Origin: Corallochytrium limacisporum Hawaii
Taxonomy: Eukaryota; Protista; Pluriformea
Assembly: GCA_002811645.1 (NCBI GenBank)
Contig: PDIP01000031.1
Coordinates: 1 to 64,000 of the forward strand
DNA length: 64,000 nt
Reading direction: 5' to 3'
Shown here: in pieces, positions 55,516 through 64,000 of the stretch
Position numbering within the stretch: the stretch's first letter is position 1
How the letters are laid out: each line of letters begins with the position of its first letter
The notes under the pieces: model-generated
The model's database searches: none
What the model was told of the DNA's origin: nothing
The model's input: the letters and a program-made list of their open reading frames with translations, nothing else
Position numbers and translations under genes: made by a program

Positions 55516-58107
55516 GATTTAAAGACTGAGGAGTGTTTGGTGTGTCTCACTGGCGTCTGATCGCCTGTTAATCAAGTACGCTGAGTTTTAGAACCTTCAC
55601 TACAAACAATATGCTCAAGCATCTATTTCCTCGTGAATGTGATTCTTGAGCACCCTACAGCAGTGTCCACATGACCTGTGCGCACCCCTTTCCCCTTCGC
55701 CATATGACTTGGCCTACAAGCCCTCACCTAGTGAGCACGGTGATGACGGATTCTTCAGTGGCTGGGCTTTTGGGGCTTGCAAGAGGAGGGAGAGCCCCGG
55801 TCAAAACAGAAAAAAAAGGGAGGGACAGAGAACCACAGGGCACCATGTACCGAGCCTAAATTTGTAAAAATTAGACTGGGTATTGTTCCGTGATGGAAGA
55901 GAAATGGGGACACCAAGGGAGCCAACAGCATGGGGAGGCGGTGTATTTTGTGCCACCGACAACAAAGTCAATATACGGGCCAGCCAGTGCAGATGACACA
56001 GTCCCACTAAAGAAACAGTGTTCGAAAGGACTCATGGCTAGCAAAAAATCACTGCAAATTTGTTTTCTTGAGTATGTGCAGATTTACTGGCGCTGCAGCC
56101 TGCGATTCCCACAGCAATCACTGCTACCCATAGAGATTAGTCTCTTGAATTCGCGCTCATACGGGTGTTGACTCTACTCGCTGACGTTTTGGAAAGCAGT
56201 TGGATCGCATGCCCCACGGTTCTCTGTGTGGCAAAAACCATCATAAACCCAAGGTAGAGATGTACTTAATGGGGATTTCGTGATGCCGACGTGACAAGGC
56301 CCAAACAGGTCGAATTTGACCTCTTGGTTCAAAACTCGGTCATAGACGGCTGACATTGTACAACACTATTTTCAGGCGTACAGCATCTACCGAAGTCAAG
56401 TCTCCCAGACATAGGTTTCTTATGCCCTTTTTGTGCTTGTCGAACTTCTTCCAATCTCGTCCATACTTCATCTTCTGCTTCACCCTTCAAGCTAAATCAC
56501 CCGTCTCCAAGCAAACCACTTAAATATCATCAGATACAGCCAAACCGCTGGGTACGAGTTTGGGGATTTGGCCGAAGACGTGGCGTAGGGGCGCAATGGC
56601 TTGCTGCTTTGGGATCGGGAGCTCCATTTTGTATATGTCCATACACTGAGTGTTTCTTCGCTCTTCTGCGCAGGTTGGGGACCTACACCGAGTTCCGTTC
56701 AAGTCGTTCACCAGCTCAATGAGGTCCTTTTTTTCCACTGTCGTTGCCACTGTCTCCCCCACGCGGCTCACCCCTTGTTCCTCCAATTTTCACTTCAGCT
56801 TTGATTGCCGGAGAGAGGGGGGTGATTGCTGGGCAATTTGAATGCGATAGTACTAGTACCCCTAGGTACCGGGCTTGTGATCTACGTGGTACAGTTTCTC
56901 TGAGCGAGAAGCAAAATCCGTACGGCCTCCATTGGAGGGTCACCGTGGAAACTGCCAAGCTGTGTGTGTGTGTGTGTGTGTGTGTTGGGAAGGAGGGGGT
57001 GTGATCGGTAAATTCGCCGGTCCTCTAGACGAAGAACAGAGAGAGTGGGAGCGTGCGCCGGTACGGGTCGTACCTCACATTGCTACCGCCCAAGCCTTTC
57101 AGTCCCACACTGCAGTACGGACGGAATCAAAAGGCAAACCTGCGTAAGGTGGTCTTAGGAGACCTTGTGCCAACGTTCCAAACAATAAGTTACATGTATA
57201 TGGATTGGTTCACTCGCCGTACGGTGTGGGAGGCTGAATTGACTGCCAACCATCTGTTGATGTACCAATAAGGTATCAGCAAATGTCAGCATGATATGGA
57301 CATTTAGTATACTTAAATTGTATCGCAGTATCCAGATATCTGTGCCATGAGGCATGAGGTTAATAATTTAGGGCCCATAAATCCACTCAATTACGCAAGA
57401 TATCAATGTATAGGCGGCGGTACGTTATGATGGCACTCCTGGTTTAATAGGGGAACACATGTACTTTACCATTAGTATTCGGGTGAATTGTGTCTTCCGC
57501 TCTGCAGTGTCGCTTGAACGGGGCGTTTCAAAGGACTGGTCTGATGGCCTGGAAGCTTGCTTGAGATACTATCAGCTGAATATATGAATCGAACTATTCA
57601 CATACCTGCGCGATTCCATCCCCTCCACCACAGCAATCGGGCATGTCAAAATAACGGAGGACACCCTCAGCCTTTCTTTCTACAGGGAACAACTGTCATC
57701 ATCATGTGTGTTCAATTTATCGCACCTATTGCTCCTGAACTGCGAAAGGAATTGACCCCGTACCAGTCTCCGATTTGAGACATAAGATCCTAAGGTTATA
57801 TCTTAGGGCAGATTCCTGTTGGGGGGAGATATCCCAGGTCGCCGCAGACACCGCTCTAACATTAATCTCTGTACGGTACTTCACAACGAACCGAGGCATT
57901 GTCGACGTTGGGCCTCCATGTCGATTCAATACCAGAACACAGCGCATGGTATTTCAACATTAGGAAATGATTGCATAAAATGGCTTAGTAAGGACATCAG
58001 CAGTTTTTTCCTGACCAAGGACCGTAAAAACATTCGTAGGTGAGATGGAAGGAACGATTGCATAATGACTTAGGAACACTTCGACGTGGGCCACAAAAGC
58101 TACCAAC

Positions 58108-59172
58108 ATGCCTGAGATTCTGGAAATTATGATCTGCAGAATCTGCTACGCAGAATTCCATGCGGATCTGAACAAGCCAATGCATGCGGATGAGCCAGAG
58201 ATGTGCCGAAATTGTGCAGAATTCACAGATAAACTGCTCGGGGATCTAGGACGCGGAGAAATGAAGTCATTAGGGGCCAACAACGCTGTAGCCGATATCA
58301 TCAGTGAATTTGCCCGCCATGCCACAAGCGTTGCACACGGTACCGGTGCAGAGCGCATGGAACCGAAAGGAAAGCAGCCGGAACTGCTCACAGAAAGCAG
58401 GCCATCAATGCAAAGCAACGGCAGTGGGAATTCTGAAGCTGGGACCAACGGGGCCACTACAGAGTTTGCGCATAGTGGAATACTATTGCAGGACTATTTC
58501 AAGGCTTACGCCAAGGCAATGAAGGAAGGTGCAGACCTACCAGAGCTTCCGGATGCGATCCGTAAGAATGAGCAGCTCTGTGCCATGCTTGGCATCGATG
58601 ATAGGGATGCGATTCCACAGGAGGTACGGGACGAGGTCTCCCAACTGTCGTCTATTCTGAGCACAGTACTCAAGCCGAAACAAGGACGGAACCCAGAGAA
58701 AGCGTCCTTTGACGAAGACGATGACAACAATGATGTGGATGCTTTCAATATCAGCCTCGACCATGGCAATGAGGTAGATGACGATGAACCGCCCCCTTTC
58801 ACGCCAAATGACGTAACAGCACCATCTGCAGAAGGTCCTCCTCCACGTCAACGGATGGCCATCACCATCACAAACGGACGCGTAACGTACGCATCACCAG
58901 TAACATCACCCCGTTCTGAGGTGTCGTCTTCGTCGGCTTCCGGCGCTGATTCTGCCTTCAATGTAACCCCCCGCACTGCAGATGGCTCTCGACATCCAGC
59001 ACCGGCATCGGAGCTCCTGTCCTCTGCATCTGGCAGCGCCGGCTTGGCCCAGGGTCCGCAGCGGGGCTTGGCCAAAGGTCGAAACCGTAGCCTCGCACAG
59101 GGTAGTCAGCACCGTCGGAACCGAAAGAGCGGTGCTTCTACCGCCGTAGCCACGAACAATTCCGGGCTATAA
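58108..59172 (+). CDS. Hypothetical protein with N-terminal CxxC…CxxC putative zinc finger and disordered C-terminus
   Basis: 354-aa ATG ORF with A at -3 (AACATG); CRIC…CRNC. Confidence 0.65.
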   Translation: MPEILEIMICRICYAEFHADLNKPMHADEPEMCRNCAEFTDKLLGDLGRGEMKSLGANNAVADIISEFARHATSVAHGTGAERMEPKGKQPELLTESRPSMQSNGSGNSEAGTNGATTEFAHSGILLQDYFKAYAKAMKEGADLPELPDAIRKNEQLCAMLGIDDRDAIPQEVRDEVSQLSSILSTVLKPKQGRNPEKASFDEDDDNNDVDAFNISLDHGNEVDDDEPPPFTPNDVTAPSAEGPPPRQRMAITITNGRVTYASPVTSPRSEVSSSSASGADSAFNVTPRTADGSRHPAPASELLSSASGSAGLAQGPQRGLAKGRNRSLAQGSQHRRNRKSGASTAVATNNSGL

Positions 59173-59938
59173 TGTTCACAGAGTCATCAATCATCAATCC
59201 CTATTCCCGTTTGTGCCATACGTTCATCCATACTCATCACCATTTCAATCATACCCTTCATAAACGCATACCGTATTGTTCCTACACAGCCACTAGCATC
59301 GTGGTTTACCATCGGTCACAGCAGGAAAGCACTATAAGGCATAGCTGCAAAGAATTTTAGTTGAGTCGATTACCACGGCTTGGATCGGCTCCCATTGTGG
59401 AACCTTGTCACACAGGCCTTAGGGCTCGGGGGCGCGCTCAAATAATGGCTGGGAGGAGAGGGGACACGCGTGCCGGACTGGGAAGGGCCCGTGTTTGGCT
59501 GTTTTGACTTTGATATTCAAATTTGCATGCGTTTCTCGGGAGAGGGAAGCGCGAGCAATAAAGCCGGCATTGGGAAAAAAGGAAAAGCCAACAAACACCT
59601 GTAACAGGAAGTCTCGCAGGCAAAGGCTCACCCAGTACCACACTGCGGTCAGAGCTACATTGCACAACAGGGATAGATAGATCATGAGGAGACGTATAAA
59701 TTCTGTAAAATTTAGGTAATTTGAAGTAATGGCGTTGCTTGCCTGTACCTCCCTAGACGGCTTTGTGTCATAGATTGAACTATAGTATGACTTGATGAAA
59801 CCAACCGGCATAATTGTGAAAGAGTCACATGTAAAAAAGTAGCAAGAGAGTTCTGTTGATAATGTGGTGAAGAGATTTACACGGTCCGAGCCTCTTAGTT
59901 TTCTTAGAATCCATCAAATTCAAACCAAGAGCCATTCC

Positions 59939-61084
59939 ATGAGCGTACCAGAAGCCCAGAGTCGTTCGGTTTTTGTGGGTAACATCCCTTACGACGCCAC
60001 AGAGAGTCAACTAATTGAAGTCTTCAGTGAAGTCGGACCCGTTATCAATTTCCGTCTCGTCACCGACCGTGACACAGGCAAACCAAAGGGTTACGGTTTT
60101 TGTGAGTTCAGGGATCGAGAAACCGCCCAGAGTGCGATCCGCAATCTCAACAACTACAACTTCTACGGGCGCGCCCTTAAAGTAGATAACGCAGACCGCG
60201 GGAGTTCTAGCGCAGGGCCCCCGGTACACAGTCAAAGCAGCGCAGGACCAAGCGGTGCCCTAGGAGGATCCCTCGGTGCACCACCACCACCACCAGGACC
60301 TCCGCGCTCTCCGCGCTCCTACGACGCCACCGGACGCCCCGACATCTCCAGCACTGGTGCCAGTGGTGGACCTGTTGGTAACACGGGAACCCTTGCTGCT
60401 GCACCGCTCCAGGCGCACTACGCACAAACCGCCTCCGCTGCCGTTGCTGAAGCCACTGCTCGGTCAGACCTACCGACCGGTTCTATTGTTCCTCCAGAGC
60501 ACTGCATCGAAGCCATACAAGCCGCTATGCTTGGTATGGACCCTCCGGAACTGTTGCAGTTCCTTAAACAATTCAAACAGTTTAGCCAGGAGAAGCCCGA
60601 GGCCGCACGCGCCTTGCTCCTCCAGAATCCGCAGTTGGCGTACGCTTTGCTATTTGTCGAGGTCAGCCTGGGCCTTGTTGACCCTTCGAAGCTGCAGGGC
60701 ATGATACAGAGCGGTATTTCCATGGAGGCGCAGCAAGGCGCTGCGTCGGCTGCTGCCGCGTCACGAGCCGCCACCGCGAGCACGGCGGGCGCGCCTTTGC
60801 CTCATGCGGCTTCGGGTGTGTACCAACCGTCGATGCCGGCGCACCACCATGCACCCCCTCCACCGCCACCTTCAGCTGCTCCCCCGCAATCGTCGTCACT
60901 TCTAGGCAAGCCCAGCGATGCGGGTCCGCCACCGCCACCGCCGGGACCACCGCCTGGCGCTGCTCCTTCTGGCCAGGATGAACTGATCCAGCAGGTCATG
61001 TCCCTGACCCAAGCACAGATCGACCAACTGCCCCCGGCAGAACGAGAACAGATCATGATGCTTCGTAGTCAGTTTGGATTGTAG
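59939..61084 (+). CDS. CSTF2: Cleavage stimulation factor 64 kDa subunit (Rna15)
   Basis: RRM SVFVGNIPY…KPKGYGFCEF, hinge ARALLLQNPQLAYAL, C-terminal LIQQVMSLTQAQIDQLPPAEREQIMMLR. ATG at 59939. Confidence 0.96.
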   Translation: MSVPEAQSRSVFVGNIPYDATESQLIEVFSEVGPVINFRLVTDRDTGKPKGYGFCEFRDRETAQSAIRNLNNYNFYGRALKVDNADRGSSSAGPPVHSQSSAGPSGALGGSLGAPPPPPGPPRSPRSYDATGRPDISSTGASGGPVGNTGTLAAAPLQAHYAQTASAAVAEATARSDLPTGSIVPPEHCIEAIQAAMLGMDPPELLQFLKQFKQFSQEKPEAARALLLQNPQLAYALLFVEVSLGLVDPSKLQGMIQSGISMEAQQGAASAAAASRAATASTAGAPLPHAASGVYQPSMPAHHHAPPPPPPSAAPPQSSSLLGKPSDAGPPPPPPGPPPGAAPSGQDELIQQVMSLTQAQIDQLPPAEREQIMMLRSQFGL

Positions 61085-61157
61085 AAAACCGGAAACAGCA
61101 GGGAAAAGAACACAGTTACAGTAAATTCTCTTTAATTTTATTTTGCTTTGTCAAATG

Positions 61158-63368
61158 CTAATCCAGCAGGAGACAATTGACCACGGTGTCCTTCTTGAGC
61201 TGCGTTAACTTGCCCTTGGCTGGCATACGGATGAGCACGTCGCTGACCGCCAGGGACGGTAATCGCGAGCTCCGTTGGAATCCGGCCACGTCGACATAGT
61301 ACTGGGGAATCACCCCGGTCATGAAATCTGCCGACGAGAAGTCCTCGCTAGTTTCAGGGTGCAACATGCGTAGAGTGCCCCTGACCAGCTCTGGACGCGG
61401 ATCGAGATCATAATCTTCAGTCAGCTGCGCTTCAATTGTACATAGCTGGTCTTTGCTGACTGACACTCCGGCCACTTTTTGCAGGAAAGGCCGCACGAAA
61501 AGTTTGAAAGTCACGCCGGCACTAACGGGATTTCCTGGCAGGCCGAAGAATACGCAGGGCCATCGGCCCTTGTCACCCTTGCTCCGCGTAGCCATAACGG
61601 TCGGTTTGCCGGGCTTGAGGGCAACACGCCCGAACTGAATTTCGAATCCGAGTTCGATCAGTGCTTGCTTAATGAGGTCTTTCTCCCCCATGCTCACTCC
61701 ACCACTGCAAATGACCACGGGACTCTTGGCAAATGCCTCCTCAAGCGCATCGCACACCGTCTCGAATTCATCCTCCAGAATTCCGCCATCAAAGGTCCGA
61801 ACGAAATTGAGTTTCTCTAATGACCCGATCAGTAGGTGCCGATTTGTGTCAATAACGTGTTCGAAAGTCGCAGTGTTCTTCATCAGGGTAATTGGGTCGC
61901 GCAATTCATTGCCCGTAGAAAAAACAGTCACCTTAACTTCGTTCGTAATGAAAGCGCGAACACCTGCCATGAGGCACAGAGCTTGCGCTGCTGGTCCTGC
62001 GCAGAGACCCGCGGGCAACAAGACGTCGTTCTTCTTGAAATCACTGCCCACCAAACGCACGTTTTTGCCCTCCTTCGCAAATTTGGCAGCTCCTTTGAGC
62101 TTAATTGTAACCTCTTCGTTGTCTTTGTCCTCAACCAAATCTGTGTCCTCAACAGGGATCACCGCATCGCAGTCCTGGGGCAGATGCGCTCCGGTGCTGA
62201 TGCGAACCACCGAGAAAGATTTAACATCTCCAGAATTCTGTGCCGTGTACGTCGGGAAAATCTTGAGGCCCGAACCTGCGGTTGTCACGCCCTTAACCAT
62301 GACGTCAATGTCCTCGGGACTGCCTGCCGCTTCCAGAGCCTCTGTCAAGAGGGCAGCATTGAACGCATATCCGTCCATGATCGACGTCGGTAGAGATGGC
62401 ATGTCAATAGGCGAGAGCACAGGCTCCGCGACGAGGGGTGCGTGCAAGCGTTCCCGACGATTAACGTGTCGACCCAGAGGCACCTGGTACTCAAGGTTCT
62501 GCACCATGTGCAAGTACCCATCGATTTTGGTGGCCTCCATGACCTTGCCAAATGCGTCTTCGTATGGAATCATCGGGTACGCCGATTCACGCGCCCGTCG
62601 GTGCGGGAAAGGTACTGGCGGCTCGTCGCGTTTCCTTTCGGACTTGCGGCGGCGCTTGGGAGGTGGACCCAGAGGAAAGTCTGAACCGTTTGGCCTGGTG
62701 CCCGCGGCTGGTACCTCTTTACCGAACAGCATGTAACCCTCCTTTACCAAAGTATGAAACGTCGCATGACTAGCAGCAATCGCGGCCGTCTTGCCACTGA
62801 TCTGGTCAAATGCGTGGAAATACACCGGCTTCATGGCCTCGAAGCATTCCTTAGTGGCCTTCTTGCTGCCCGGAAGGCACACGACGAAGATTCGTTGATC
62901 TCCGTTGCGACCCGCAGTCATGACGCCAACCAAGGTTCTACCTAGAGCTGCGAGGGGAGTCTTGTTCAAACTTTCCCGGGTGATTAATTGTGCAAACCCA
63001 GGCACTTCGTAGTCTAGCCATTTCCTGACTGCCTGTGGAGTGCGATCATCCCAGGTTAGTCCTGTGCCACCCAGTGTGATCAGAGACTGTGGTGCTCCAA
63101 TATGCATAATTTCGTCAAGTGTGTCTTCAACCTCCAGATCCTTGCACAAAAATCTTGTCACGGCCATTGAAGCCTTCTGGTGATCTCGCAGCAGGCTAGG
63201 GAAGAGCTCCAGGGCTATCTCACCCGCACTATCTTCCTCATAAGTCCTTGAACTTGACACTGTCAGAATCAGAACATATTTGCCCTCAATGTCATCGGTC
63301 TGCAGGACATTCCTTATGTCCTGTGCCATGGACGCGACATCAGCCGCTTTGCTATCAATGACTTGCAT
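61158..63368 (-). CDS. GPHN: Gephyrin-like molybdenum cofactor biosynthesis protein (MogA-type G domain followed by MoeA-type E domain)
   Basis: G domain GGTG…DRTPQA…LPGS. E domain RARESAYPMI, SIMDGYA, ISTGA…DAVIPVEDT, STGNEL, SGGVSMGEKD, KPGKP, LPGNPVS, QRSSRL. First ATG at 63368. Confidence 0.93.
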   Translation of the reverse strand: MQVIDSKAADVASMAQDIRNVLQTDDIEGKYVLILTVSSSRTYEEDSAGEIALELFPSLLRDHQKASMAVTRFLCKDLEVEDTLDEIMHIGAPQSLITLGGTGLTWDDRTPQAVRKWLDYEVPGFAQLITRESLNKTPLAALGRTLVGVMTAGRNGDQRIFVVCLPGSKKATKECFEAMKPVYFHAFDQISGKTAAIAASHATFHTLVKEGYMLFGKEVPAAGTRPNGSDFPLGPPPKRRRKSERKRDEPPVPFPHRRARESAYPMIPYEDAFGKVMEATKIDGYLHMVQNLEYQVPLGRHVNRRERLHAPLVAEPVLSPIDMPSLPTSIMDGYAFNAALLTEALEAAGSPEDIDVMVKGVTTAGSGLKIFPTYTAQNSGDVKSFSVVRISTGAHLPQDCDAVIPVEDTDLVEDKDNEEVTIKLKGAAKFAKEGKNVRLVGSDFKKNDVLLPAGLCAGPAAQALCLMAGVRAFITNEVKVTVFSTGNELRDPITLMKNTATFEHVIDTNRHLLIGSLEKLNFVRTFDGGILEDEFETVCDALEEAFAKSPVVICSGGVSMGEKDLIKQALIELGFEIQFGRVALKPGKPTVMATRSKGDKGRWPCVFFGLPGNPVSAGVTFKLFVRPFLQKVAGVSVSKDQLCTIEAQLTEDYDLDPRPELVRGTLRMLHPETSEDFSSADFMTGVIPQYYVDVAGFQRSSRLPSLAVSDVLIRMPAKGKLTQLKKDTVVNCLLLD

Positions 63369-63421
63369 CCTGATAATTGGACTGGTTTCCACCCAAACTA
63401 CACAGGAGCCCAACACCTGAG

Positions 63422-63486
63422 CTGAATTTGTTACCGAATGTGGAGTCCTGTCCCGTGTACCTGTACAGGTTCGTTTTTATACTTAC
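63422..63486 (-). other. Putative 5'-UTR intron of the gephyrin-like gene
   Basis: GTAAGT donor, GGTAAC branch-like motif, TTCAG acceptor upstream of the first ATG. Confidence 0.55.
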
Positions 63487-64000
63487 GTTCCATAGATCCT
63501 GCAGTCGGTGAGAAAAAAGGGAAAACTGTAAGACCGCAGAGATAGGAACAACAAACGCCGGACCAGGGCTGACAGATATCGGTGTGTTGGCCGTACTCCA
63601 ACTTCATGGATTTCAACCGCCAGCTCCGCCTTCACCAACCAAAAAAGTACCGATCTCCGGAGGGCCAGACGTCCACTGTGTGTGTGCCTGTGCCATTAAA
63701 TCCGACGTGTCATCGCTGTCCCATCGATGGGACGAAAAAGCACTTTCGGCTTCACAGACTCTCACCCAATGCCACCCCACGTAAAAAACAACACCGATGC
63801 CATCGAAATCACTATTAATGCAGGCAGTGTTGGCGAAAGACCACCAAAGGTCGCCACCAACAATAATGTAGCACACGCGCACACGTACACACACATACAC
63901 ACAGGCTCACTGAAAGATCGCATCAAAGTATGGTTAGTTTACGAAAACATTGCGCGCATTCCTGGTCGCACAAGAAAGGAAAGAAACGAGAGGTTTCAAA

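Noticed and set aside
1-64000. tRNA, rRNA, CRISPR arrays, transposase or RT genes
   Set aside because: No cloverleaf with a valid T-arm, rRNA signature, repeat-spacer array or mobile-element ORF was recognised by eye.

Overview
Gene-dense, eukaryotic (not prokaryotic) 64-kb scaffold segment with five N-gaps. It holds 19 protein-coding genes, all apparently intronless in their CDS, mostly in divergent/convergent pairs around GC-rich poly(C)/poly(G) promoter-like tracts. The gene set (myosin-motor-like chitin synthase, gephyrin-type MogA-MoeA fusion, ATP6AP2, selenoprotein S, RNF126, USP3, PRMT3) plus intronless CDSs suggests a unicellular holozoan such as Corallochytrium (inference). Highlights: (1) a selenoprotein S gene whose ORF-track stop is very likely a Sec UGA (…RRRG-UGA-GGC-UAA), with a candidate non-canonical SECIS; (2) an LmjF36.5940-type CDA-fold deaminase fused to a Rossmann/CARF-like domain, a candidate ligand-activated effector; (3) a PTEN/tensin pseudophosphatase-C2-UIM-RING-H2 protein; (4) three bacterial-type genes (DUF1330, SDR, choice-of-anchor-I/MSP130-like) in eukaryotic context, plus an orphan with ZipA-C-like motifs; (5) non-coding signals: apparent 5'-UTR-only introns, a recurrent C(n)G(n) palindrome, a highly self-complementary 200-nt element and telomere-type motifs in a 6.6-kb ORF-free region. 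All family calls come from motif recognition by eye; no searches were run.
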